Virus record (IMG/VR): IMGVR_UViG_3300027899_000001
Location: 248,001 to 312,000 of that record
Length of the DNA: 64,000 nucleotides
Direction: 5' to 3' (one strand)
In this document: piece by piece, positions 55,528 through 63,991 of the stretch
How the letters are laid out: the number at the start of each line of letters is the position of its first letter
Position numbering within the stretch: position 1 is the first letter of the stretch
Notes under the pieces: generated by a model
What the model was told of the DNA's origin: nothing
Seen by the model: the letters and a program-made list of their open reading frames with translations, nothing else
The model's database searches: none
Translations under genes and position numbers: made by a program

Positions 55528-56270
55528 AAAAAGTACACATATCATTCGGAAATGAAGATTATTATAAAAGTTTAGATGTATTAGAAGAATCATCTTTAGT
55601 AGTAGGAAAAATAGATCAATTTATTAGATATACTCAAAATGAATTAAAAATTGAAGAATTTTGGAGAAAAAATTCTTTCATATTATCTCAACATAGAGGT
55701 GCAGGATTTTGGATATGGAAACCTTATCTTATCTTAAAGACATTTGAAACGCTCGAGAATGGTGATACAGTCCTCTACAGTGATGCAGGACTTAAAGTAA
55801 TAGATAACCTTAGTCCTTTATTTGATATCGCTAAAAGCAATATTAATAAGGGTAAAATTATTTTTAAAGTACCCTGGGTTGGCGCAAATCATATTGCTAA
55901 AATATGGACTAAAAGAGATTGTTTTATATTAACAGATGCTGATGAAGAAAAGTACTGGAATGCTCCTATGACTAATGGTGCAGTTTCATTATGGGTAAAA
56001 AATGAAGATAATATAAATTTCTTAAAAGAATGGTTAAGATATTTAAGAGATACAAGAATTGTAACTGATGATCCTAATATGTGCGGAAAAGCAAATTTTA
56101 TAGAATTTAAAGATCATAGACATGATCAGTCTGTTTTAACTATTTTATCTGTAAGAAATAATTTTGAGTTGTTTAGAGATCCTACTCAATGGGGAAACGA
56201 AGAAAAGGGCAAATTCTTAAATTCACCCTATTCTCAATTATTTCATCATCACCGAAATTTTAAACATTAA
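55524..56270 (+). CDS. Putative glycosyltransferase ('WKPY...D.G...HRHDQS' family)
   Basis: 'RGAGFWIWKP', 'LYSDAG', 'HRHDQS.L'. Confidence 0.55.
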   Translation: MKKVHISFGNEDYYKSLDVLEESSLVVGKIDQFIRYTQNELKIEEFWRKNSFILSQHRGAGFWIWKPYLILKTFETLENGDTVLYSDAGLKVIDNLSPLFDIAKSNINKGKIIFKVPWVGANHIAKIWTKRDCFILTDADEEKYWNAPMTNGAVSLWVKNEDNINFLKEWLRYLRDTRIVTDDPNMCGKANFIEFKDHRHDQSVLTILSVRNNFELFRDPTQWGNEEKGKFLNSPYSQLFHHHRNFKH

Positions 56271-56272
56271 TT

Positions 56273-56710
56273 TTAAACTGCTGAAACTATAAGACCATCT
56301 ACTATATTAAACACCGAAGCATCTCCAAAATTTATTGATCCAGTAAGACCCGCAGGTGCTGTCCCTTGAACGCCTTGAATACCTTGTATTCCTTGTGCAC
56401 CTTGATCACCAGTTATGCCCTGAATTGCTTGAATTCCTTGTACTCCTTGAGCACCCGTTATTCCTTGAATACCTTGAATACCTTGAGCTCCAGTTATGCC
56501 CTGAATTGCTTGAATTCCTTGTACTCCTTGAGCACCTGTTATTCCTTGAATACCTTGAATACCTTGAGCTCCTTGTGAACCTGTTATTCCTTGTAATCCC
56601 TGAGTACCTTGAATACCAGTTATTCCTTGTGCGCCTTGAGCCATTACATATCCATCTAATAGTGTGCTAACATCTCTAGTTAAATCAGCATTAGTTTTTT
56701 CACGTATCAT
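56273..56710 (-). CDS. Collagen-like (G-X-Q/T) protein, probable head/virion fibre component
   Basis: About 30 Gly-X-Y triplets; directly downstream of the MCP with its own late-promoter motif. Confidence 0.75.
   Translation of the reverse strand: MIREKTNADLTRDVSTLLDGYVMAQGAQGITGIQGTQGLQGITGSQGAQGIQGIQGITGAQGVQGIQAIQGITGAQGIQGIQGITGAQGVQGIQAIQGITGDQGAQGIQGIQGVQGTAPAGLTGSINFGDASVFNIVDGLIVSAV
56409..56570 (-). repeat. Tandem 81-bp duplication within the collagen tract
   Basis: 56409-56489 vs 56490-56570, one mismatch by eye (CCCGT/CCTGT). Confidence 0.85.
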
Positions 56711-56739
56711 GTTTTATAGTTTATTTTATTTTTTTATAT

Positions 56740-56750
56740 TTTATATATTC
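56740..56750 (-). promoter_or_regulatory. Putative late promoter motif GAATATATAAA
   Basis: Exact 11-mer 30 nt upstream of the ATG at 56710. Confidence 0.5.
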
Positions 56751-56752
56751 AT

Positions 56753-56781
56753 AAAAAAAAGAGGCAATGTGCCTCTTTTTT
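56753..56781 (-). terminator. Rho-independent terminator after the MCP
   Basis: AAAAAAGAGGCA-atg-TGCCTCTTTTTT; symmetric, possibly bidirectional. Confidence 0.8.
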
Positions 56782-56802
56782 CGTTTATCTAAAGTTTAGT
56801 TA

Positions 56803-58575
56803 TTAAATAACTGAACCACTATTAGTTTCAAACCAAAGTGTAATATATTGAGTTTCTGGGTGGAAACCTGCGTCAACTAAAGCGTATCTAGTTTTGATGA
56901 TAACTTTAGGAGCACCTGTACCTTCAGTAATAAGCTTAACGCTTTCAGCCATAAGGTATGGGCAGAATACTGTTCCTGGTTCATCAATAGCACCTTTTCT
57001 TCCTACAAGTACTCTGGTATCAGAATAAAGCATGTTAGGATCTACATAAAGAGTCATTCCAGCGATTGTTCCGAGAGGATACAATGAACCGTTAGATTGA
57101 GTAAATGTATTGGTTATAGGTGAGAATGTGTAACCAGCATTTGTTTGAAGAGCTGTAGCAATTTTAAGGTTAGTAACAATAAAGTTAGCAGGACCTCTTC
57201 TTCCTCTTTGCATGATAACGTTACCAGCTGCAAGAATATTAGCCATAACTCTTTTGATAATTGTGTCTTGGTTTTCAAATGTTGCACCAACTACTGATGT
57301 ATATTTTGCGAATCCTGGAACAGTCATTGCTCCTGTAGTAACAGAACCAGCATCATTATATGCAAATGCAGTTGAATTAAGAGAACCTGTAGATGTACAG
57401 TTCATGTTAAGGTTAATACCTTCAACAGCGTTAGCTTTGATATGGTTTTTCCAACCGTGACCGAACAATCTTGAAAGAATGTGTTTGTTAATAGCTTGGC
57501 TAATTTCGTTGATTCCAGCATTTTCTACCATTGCGATAACATCAATACCCCATTGTTTATTAAGATCTTGAATTTGTTCCTGAGTAACAGAAACTGATAC
57601 TTGGAATGTGCCTACTTGTACAAATTTAGTAAATACCTGAAGACCAAGAGCTCTTGGATATTCCATTTCACCAACGCCTCTTTCCATAGGTTCATAAAGA
57701 GTAGTGCCTGAGACGAATGTTCCTCCCCAGTCAGCATTATCTGTTTGACCTGCACCGGTAAATCCTTGTACTTGATCTTCCAATGTGGAAATAAGTGTAG
57801 GATAAGTAGTAACATTATAAAGTAATGATTGATTTAATAGAGGAGCGACGTTTCCTGTACCATTGAAAATATCAGCCAAATTATCACCTGCTGTTCCAAA
57901 TGTTCCAGTTTTAAACATTGGGAAACCATCAATTCTTGATTTTCCAATATAAGTAGCTGTTAATGTAGAAGCACCTGTAGATACGTTTGTTGCTGAGTTA
58001 AATATTAAAGATGTTCCATTAGTAATTGTTCCTGCTGTAATAAGAGCTTGAACAGATGCATCAAGTTGAATTTTGAATGCATGAGGAGCATCGTATTGAC
58101 CATAAGCAGCAGAACCTTGGAAAGTAGCAGGATTTGCTGTTGCAGGACTAACTGCTGGTTGTGCGCCAAATGGTTGTTTTCCTCCAGCGTATACATAATC
58201 TAAATAGGATACAACTCCTGTTGGACCTGGCATAGGAACCACGTTAACAAGGTCAAAACCTATTGTTCTAGCGGCTACTTGAAGAGCCATAGGAAGAAGT
58301 GCAGGCCATTTGTCACCTGAACCTTTAACAGTTGTACCTGTAAATTGAGCTCCTGTAGTAGCTGCAACTGATGCAGGAACTGCAGTACCAACACCTGGTA
58401 CGTTGTAAAGAGTTGCATAAGGAACGGATACACCACCCATAGCAGCTTCATTTAATGCATGAAAATGTGCGTATTTAGAAATCCAACTCAATCTGTTTTT
58501 ATCTTTAAGACCAGTTACAGTTTCAATCATTGGAGACCATTTTTGCACAATTTGTTGTTCGTTTAATTGTTTCAT
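56803..58575 (-). CDS. gp23: Major capsid protein, T4 gp23-like
   Basis: 'KWSPMIE', 'DLVNV.PM.GPTG', 'EQIQDL...GID', 'NEI...IN', 'GTIAG', 'TRYAL'; downstream of the protease/scaffold gene. Confidence 0.9.
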   Translation of the reverse strand: MKQLNEQQIVQKWSPMIETVTGLKDKNRLSWISKYAHFHALNEAAMGGVSVPYATLYNVPGVGTAVPASVAATTGAQFTGTTVKGSGDKWPALLPMALQVAARTIGFDLVNVVPMPGPTGVVSYLDYVYAGGKQPFGAQPAVSPATANPATFQGSAAYGQYDAPHAFKIQLDASVQALITAGTITNGTSLIFNSATNVSTGASTLTATYIGKSRIDGFPMFKTGTFGTAGDNLADIFNGTGNVAPLLNQSLLYNVTTYPTLISTLEDQVQGFTGAGQTDNADWGGTFVSGTTLYEPMERGVGEMEYPRALGLQVFTKFVQVGTFQVSVSVTQEQIQDLNKQWGIDVIAMVENAGINEISQAINKHILSRLFGHGWKNHIKANAVEGINLNMNCTSTGSLNSTAFAYNDAGSVTTGAMTVPGFAKYTSVVGATFENQDTIIKRVMANILAAGNVIMQRGRRGPANFIVTNLKIATALQTNAGYTFSPITNTFTQSNGSLYPLGTIAGMTLYVDPNMLYSDTRVLVGRKGAIDEPGTVFCPYLMAESVKLITEGTGAPKVIIKTRYALVDAGFHPETQYITLWFETNSGSVI

Positions 58576-58657
58576 TTTTATTTCGTTATTTTATTTTTTA
58601 AATTTGTTTTATTTATTTTTATATAAACTGTTGTTTTTTATACTTAGTGCACTAAAA

Positions 58658-61003
58658 TTAGTTATTATAACGATTTTTCATATAATCACCAATGGACGCA
58701 ACATAAGTATCTAATTTTTGTTCACTTTCTTCTGGAGTTTTTGCGATGACAGACTCATTAAGAGTAAGATTAGGTTTAGTAATTAATCCGCTAGTTTCCC
58801 AGAAATTTTCGATCTGATACTGTGTATTCAATGTAAAGTATTCAGCTTTTGCATTAATCGTTTCTCTAATTACTTCTGAAGAGTTATAAAGATCTTTATA
58901 AGCTTTAGGAGCTAATGCTAACCATAAAGGTTCATTAGTTTGATTTTTTGCAACTGCATTTTCCCATAATTGCATAATTACTTTAGAATCAGTTGTTGGA
59001 ACTTTTGAAATTTCGTTTGCTACTTTTTCTTTATCAGTTGCGTCTAGACCAGCAAATCTTTTTCTATCAGTTTCACTTAAAAGCTGAGTGAATGGATATT
59101 GCTCTTTTACACTTTCATCTAATCCTTTTTCTTTTTCTAAAGATTGAATAATTGCTTCAAGTTTACTATCAAGATTTGTTTTTCTAGCTTGAATATCAGA
59201 AGTTTGATTTAAGCTTTCGTTTGTTAATCCTTTTCCGCCAGGTTTAACATTTAATTTAAGATTTTGTGCACTAGTATAGTTCTTTTTAGGACCATCACCA
59301 GATACACTTTCTTTTCCTTTTCCTATAGTTTTAACAACTTTAAGATCAGTTTTAAGATCTTTTGGATCATTGCAACAACCCCCATCTTTTGGAAGTGATG
59401 CACCTGCTTTAGAAGGATTCATTTGTAATTTATCGTTTCCAACAGGCATTTTTTCTTTACCAACTTTAACGTTTCTTAATTTTGCTGTAATAATTTTACC
59501 ATCAAATTCTACGCTAGTGTTTTTCTGATGTGCGGTATCAACTTTCACATTGCCAGCTTTCTTAAGAGTATCTGCTGTAATAACTGATATTCCTTTAAGA
59601 TTTGCTTCGTTAAGTGGTTTTGCTGTAATTGAATGTGTTTTTAGCATTTCGTCGATTTTTGATTTTAGTTCTGGACTTTTCTTTGATTCTGAAACTAATT
59701 CAACGTATTCAATAAGTTTCATGGCATCTTCTTTACTTATAGCTCTGCCAAACATATCTTCTGTCCAGTTTACAGAATGATTAAGATTTTTAGCAATGGA
59801 TGAAGTCCATTCATGCATGCCGTTAATAGCTTGGGCTTTTTCTGTACCCCATTCGTTAAGTGCATTAACACCTTTTGCGATTTGAGTTGTCCACTCATTA
59901 AGACCATCAAGCATTTCTGCGTTATGATCTACAGTTTCTCCAATTGCATTTGTGACCTTTGCTACTTCTGCAGTCCAGTCTTGGGTTGCATTTAGAGTTT
60001 TAGCATTATGATCTACAGTATCTGCAATCTTCTTAGTTAGTTTATAGTGATTATTGCTCTTTTCTGCTAATGTATCAGCATAAGTAGCGAGTTCATTTAC
60101 AGCTTTAGCGATTTCGGATTGCCAATTTAATGAATCTTCTTGGATTTTACGTATTTTTTCAACATATTTTTCCAATTTTCCTGATTTATCAGGAGAGTCA
60201 TTTGAATTTTCTAGTTTTTCCTTAATGGCGCCAAGCTCTTGATTGAATAATTCGGTCCATTTCTGGATAGCTTCTTCATTCATCATTGGTTTTGTTTCTG
60301 CCATTTGATTTTCGTGATTATTTTTAATTAATTGTTTTGCTTCTTCACGTAGTGGAACTGATGGATATTTATCAGTAACATCAATAATAGAGATGTCTTC
60401 ATTTAAAATACCGAGCTTAGAATTGATACTATGATCTTTACGTGTTGAAGAGGATTCGTTAAGTTGTTTTACTAATTCATTAATATAGGCTTGTTTTGGA
60501 TTGGCACCTTCATTAACTTTGTGAAGCTGTGCAGACTCGAAACCTGGTTTGGCAACCAAGTCATATGTGTAAATCTGCTGTATAGCTACTGTTTTGTCTT
60601 CGTTAACCGTACCAGCGGCTCTTGAAGAGATTGAAAGTGGAACTCCTGCTTCTAATAATGATTTAGCAATTTGCCCCTTCGGTGTTTCGAGTACTTCAAT
60701 ACGACCTAAAACTTGACGTTTTTGTTGATCATACCACAACTCAGATATTCTATGAGATACACCACCTAATGCAACTTCAAATCTTTCAGGATGATCTAAT
60801 TCACCAAGAAGGTTACCATTAGTAATGTCTTTCTTCAAATATTCTAAGTGGGGTAAATACTCTTTTTCTTCGTAAATACGACCATTTCTATTTTCAACTC
60901 CAAACTCAGCAAAAACACCTTCTAACATAGTCTTACCGTTTTTGGTAATTTTCTGTAGGTTTTGAGATGATCTTTCAAGGATCAAAAGTGATTTTTCTGC
61001 CAT
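58658..61003 (-). CDS. gp21: Prohead protease (gp21-like) fused to a coiled-coil scaffold
   Basis: 'LEGVF....N.NGRIY', 'LGELDHP', 'VSHRI', 'TPKG.I...L..G..L.ISSRAAG', 'TYD.VA.PG' in the first ~190 aa, followed by a long helical repeat region. Confidence 0.85.
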   Translation of the reverse strand: MAEKSLLILERSSQNLQKITKNGKTMLEGVFAEFGVENRNGRIYEEKEYLPHLEYLKKDITNGNLLGELDHPERFEVALGGVSHRISELWYDQQKRQVLGRIEVLETPKGQIAKSLLEAGVPLSISSRAAGTVNEDKTVAIQQIYTYDLVAKPGFESAQLHKVNEGANPKQAYINELVKQLNESSSTRKDHSINSKLGILNEDISIIDVTDKYPSVPLREEAKQLIKNNHENQMAETKPMMNEEAIQKWTELFNQELGAIKEKLENSNDSPDKSGKLEKYVEKIRKIQEDSLNWQSEIAKAVNELATYADTLAEKSNNHYKLTKKIADTVDHNAKTLNATQDWTAEVAKVTNAIGETVDHNAEMLDGLNEWTTQIAKGVNALNEWGTEKAQAINGMHEWTSSIAKNLNHSVNWTEDMFGRAISKEDAMKLIEYVELVSESKKSPELKSKIDEMLKTHSITAKPLNEANLKGISVITADTLKKAGNVKVDTAHQKNTSVEFDGKIITAKLRNVKVGKEKMPVGNDKLQMNPSKAGASLPKDGGCCNDPKDLKTDLKVVKTIGKGKESVSGDGPKKNYTSAQNLKLNVKPGGKGLTNESLNQTSDIQARKTNLDSKLEAIIQSLEKEKGLDESVKEQYPFTQLLSETDRKRFAGLDATDKEKVANEISKVPTTDSKVIMQLWENAVAKNQTNEPLWLALAPKAYKDLYNSSEVIRETINAKAEYFTLNTQYQIENFWETSGLITKPNLTLNESVIAKTPEESEQKLDTYVASIGDYMKNRYNN

Positions 61004-61232
61004 AATTTTCTTTATTTTATGTTAGTTTGAATTTTATACAATATTCTATTTATATATACAGATCTTAAGTGATTAAAAATAAGGTTAATGCATATACTTT
61101 TAAGACATTGTTAAATTCTTAAAAATATGGAGCATTAATATATTAGAAACAAACAAATTAAAGATACGTGTGATGTTAATGATATGTTAAAAAGAACTTA
61201 AAATTTCTATATCTCAATAATTTTTATTATAT

Positions 61233-61697
61233 TTGTATATAAAATATATAAAAATGCAAACATTTCTTCCGTATGATAATTTAGAAAAATCGGTAAAAGC
61301 TTTAGATAATAAAAGACTTGGAAAACAACGCGTCGAATGTTATCAGCTTATAAGCGTGATATCAGGCAGACCGAGAAAAGATGGAAAACCTTATAAAGGT
61401 TGGACTAATCACCCTATAACAGTGATGTGGAGAAATCACCTAAATGCATTAAAATTATACTATAATCTATGTATTGATGAATGGATAAAACGAGGATTTA
61501 AAAATACTATGGAAAAAGAAAAAATAGAAGGGCCTATAGTTTATCCTGAATGGTTTGGTTATATACCTTTTCACGCATCACATCGTTCTAATTTACTTAG
61601 AAAAGATAAAAGTTATTATTCTAAACTTGGATGGAGCGATTCGGCTGATTGGGCGTATTTATGGTTTGATAACGAAAGAGGCTGGCATTCTACTTAA
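61233..61697 (+). CDS. Pyrimidine-dimer DNA glycosylase / endonuclease V family (likely start 61254)
   Basis: 'MQTFLPY', 'LD.KRLGKQRVE', 'W.NHP', 'EW..RG', 'H.SHR.NLL.K'. Confidence 0.8.
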   Translation: MYIKYIKMQTFLPYDNLEKSVKALDNKRLGKQRVECYQLISVISGRPRKDGKPYKGWTNHPITVMWRNHLNALKLYYNLCIDEWIKRGFKNTMEKEKIEGPIVYPEWFGYIPFHASHRSNLLRKDKSYYSKLGWSDSADWAYLWFDNERGWHST

Positions 61698-62515
61698 TCT
61701 GTCTGTATTTCTCCGTTTACAGCACAAACCTTTTTAACATCTCTCCTTGAAAAATTTTTATAATTACCATGACAATAAAAACTTGCGCCTACATATTTAG
61801 GAGCAAATTCAAGAGATTTTAGTCTATTATTACTACAAGAAAATAATCCTGTTACAAATACAGGACATCCTCTTAAAGAAGTGAGATGATTATTTTGTAA
61901 AGTAAACATCCCTTGTATTTTATTAAATTGTATGTAAGAAGGAAATTCTGTAAGACCTTTCCATTTTAATATTACATTTTCATTAACATCAATGGTTAAA
62001 TCATCATTTATAGTATAATGTTTAATTTCATACTCATCTAACCATTTTTTTATTTTGATTTTAAATCCTATACCCATATCATAAATAGGATCTGATTCTT
62101 CTGTAAAAGCCTCTGATATAGTATTTTTATTAAGTTCGCTTTCTTTAAAAACTTTAAAATATTTTTTCCAACGTGAAATTGACGCAGTATTTGTTGCTTG
62201 AGAATATGTTCTTTCTTTTCCATTTAATATATTCTTTCTTATATCTAAAAATATTGGATTAATAGTGTATCCATAAGGAACAAGATTTAATTGTAATTCA
62301 TTTTTTGATAAATGTTTTATGTGATATACTATGTATAAACCAGTAGCGGGAAATGGCGTCTTATCATTAAATGCAAAATATTTACTTTCTTTAAGACATC
62401 TAAGAACATCTCCTACTTCAAGATTTTCAAAACCCTTATAACCTATTCCCATATCTTTAATAGGATCAAACTCTTCAGTAAATTTTTCGTTAATATGTTC
62501 TCTAATCAATTTCAT
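61694..62515 (-). CDS. 'ESDPI-leader' family protein, two units; the second carries LRR-like repeats
   Basis: INEKFTEEFDPIKDMGIG; internal ISEAFTEESDPIYDMGIG; 'NNHLTSLRGCP..V.G.FSCSNNRLKSLEFAP'. Confidence 0.7.
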   Translation of the reverse strand: MKLIREHINEKFTEEFDPIKDMGIGYKGFENLEVGDVLRCLKESKYFAFNDKTPFPATGLYIVYHIKHLSKNELQLNLVPYGYTINPIFLDIRKNILNGKERTYSQATNTASISRWKKYFKVFKESELNKNTISEAFTEESDPIYDMGIGFKIKIKKWLDEYEIKHYTINDDLTIDVNENVILKWKGLTEFPSYIQFNKIQGMFTLQNNHLTSLRGCPVFVTGLFSCSNNRLKSLEFAPKYVGASFYCHGNYKNFSRRDVKKVCAVNGEIQTD

Positions 62516-62871
62516 TAATCTTTAATGATGTATTTTTCTGTTGGAATTATATGATATGTAAGAGTAGTTATTCCTTTTCCTTTTACATTTATTAATCCGT
62601 CTCTATTCATAATTATTTCATCGACAAGAACTTCACAATGTTTTCGTGTAGAGGAGTATTTTCCAGCTTCATATAGATCCATTATTCCAGATATTCGTTT
62701 TCCATGAAATTGATATACAAATTTTACCCATTTTTGCCATACTAGATTTTCAAAATCTTTGTATATAGAAAAATATTTATCTTCAAATACTATATATCCT
62801 ATACCTAAATCATGTATTGGATCTGACTCTTCAGTAAATTTTTCGTATAATTTCTCCTTTAATTTTTTCAC
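62515..62871 (-). CDS. 'ESDPI-leader' family protein
   Basis: LYEKFTEESDPIHDLGIG. Confidence 0.7.
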   Translation of the reverse strand: MKKLKEKLYEKFTEESDPIHDLGIGYIVFEDKYFSIYKDFENLVWQKWVKFVYQFHGKRISGIMDLYEAGKYSSTRKHCEVLVDEIIMNRDGLINVKGKGITTLTYHIIPTEKYIIKD

Positions 62872-62890
62872 TCGAGATATTATTATTTGT

Positions 62891-62901
62891 TTTATATATT
62901 C
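62891..62901 (-). promoter_or_regulatory. Putative late promoter motif GAATATATAAA
   Basis: Exact 11-mer 20 nt upstream of the ATG at 62871. Confidence 0.5.
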
Positions 62902-62913
62902 CTATATAAACGA

Positions 62914-62941
62914 CAAAAGAGAGACTGAGGGAGTCTCTCTT
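62914..62941 (-). terminator. Rho-independent terminator
   Basis: AGAGAGACT/AGTCTCTCT stem, followed by a U-tract on the minus strand. Confidence 0.7.
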
Positions 62942-62959
62942 AAATCGACAAGAGGGTTG

Positions 62960-63652
62960 TTATAAATTTATCAACATACTAGCAACTCTTTTATTTCCCC
63001 TGTCATCAATACAGGCAATAAAATCGCCGCCAAAAAAATCTAATCGAGGAGTAACCTGAGGAGTATGTCCAAACACCTGATTTATTCCGTTATAAGGATC
63101 GTCAAGAACTTCCATGTAATCTGCCCAAAGTGGACCCGGAGTTCCTCTTCCGCCTCTCATTCTTCCAACTTTCCATATTAATTCTTGTCTATCATGAATT
63201 CTATTTAATGTGTCATGAATTAATTCGCCTTCTTTCATTTCAGGTTTAATAAAAAATTCATCATAATTTGTAGTGTATCCCGCGTGAGTAGCAAGAGTAT
63301 ATTTTTTAGTTGTATCATTAGTATATCCCCAAGCCATTTGAAACAAATCTGCATTATCATCAAAAATCTTTTTATATTCCCATGCAAATTCGTATTGTTT
63401 TCCGGTTATACCATCTATGCCGTGCATATATGCATAATCATGATTTCCGATAAGAAGCGTAACTTGATCTTTATTTTTACGAGCAAAGTTACAAATATTA
63501 TTAAGATTATATAACTGTATACTACGTTTAACAAAGAAACTATCTACATAATCGCCAAGAAACACGATTTTATAGAAATTTTTCATTCCTTCTTTAGCGA
63601 GTTCTTCCCACTCTATTAATCCATGTATATCCCCTATAAATAGTACTTTCAT
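62960..63652 (-). CDS. Calcineurin-like metallophosphoesterase
   Basis: 'GDIHG', 'GDYVD', 'GNHD', 'THAG', 'GHTP'. Confidence 0.9.
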   Translation of the reverse strand: MKVLFIGDIHGLIEWEELAKEGMKNFYKIVFLGDYVDSFFVKRSIQLYNLNNICNFARKNKDQVTLLIGNHDYAYMHGIDGITGKQYEFAWEYKKIFDDNADLFQMAWGYTNDTTKKYTLATHAGYTTNYDEFFIKPEMKEGELIHDTLNRIHDRQELIWKVGRMRGGRGTPGPLWADYMEVLDDPYNGINQVFGHTPQVTPRLDFFGGDFIACIDDRGNKRVASMLINL

Positions 63653-63674
63653 TTTGTTTGTTTTTTAATTATAT

Positions 63675-63689
63675 GTAAATATAAACAAA
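63675..63689 (-). promoter_or_regulatory. Putative early/middle promoter element TTTGTTTATATTTAC
   Basis: Identical to 28371-28385. Confidence 0.45.
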
Positions 63690-63718
63690 ATACTTGACAG
63701 AAAAAAATTATTTACATA

Positions 63719-63991
63719 TTAATTTGATAATTCCATCTTTACATGTGCAACAATTTCAGATATTTCTTCTATTTTATTTTGAATTATATCCATTTCTGAT
63801 AAATATACGCTTAAATTTGTGCAAATTTCTTGAAGATATTCTTCATTAATTGGCTGTTTATCTAATTCATCTGTTAGTTCATTGAATTGATTTTGAACTT
63901 TAGTGTAATTTTCCTTAAGTACATTTAATCTATCTTTGAACTCACCAAGCAGATAAACTTTTGCGGTGTGTTCAAAACTTTGAGTTGTCAT
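63719..63991 (-). CDS. Coiled-coil hypothetical protein
   Basis: 90 aa heptad-rich ORF. Confidence 0.55.
   Translation of the reverse strand: MTTQSFEHTAKVYLLGEFKDRLNVLKENYTKVQNQFNELTDELDKQPINEEYLQEICTNLSVYLSEMDIIQNKIEEISEIVAHVKMELSN

Noticed and set aside
56356-56670. Plus-strand ORFs over the collagen gene (56356-56670, 56366-56578)
   Set aside because: Antisense shadows of the triplet repeat.
18566-62871. ESDPI motif as a DNA-level mobile repeat or DGR target
   Set aside because: Variation is concentrated at synonymous positions, is not adenine-specific, has no flanking repeats, and no reverse transcriptase is present in the window.
2452-63514. Other short ORF-track entries nested in longer genes (e.g. 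3889, 4768, 6878, 9279, 13226, 22326, 25005, 29819, 40337, 44053, 49165, 50617, 57212, 59550, 63284)
   Set aside because: They lie wholly or mostly within well-supported genes on another strand or frame and show no recognisable motifs.
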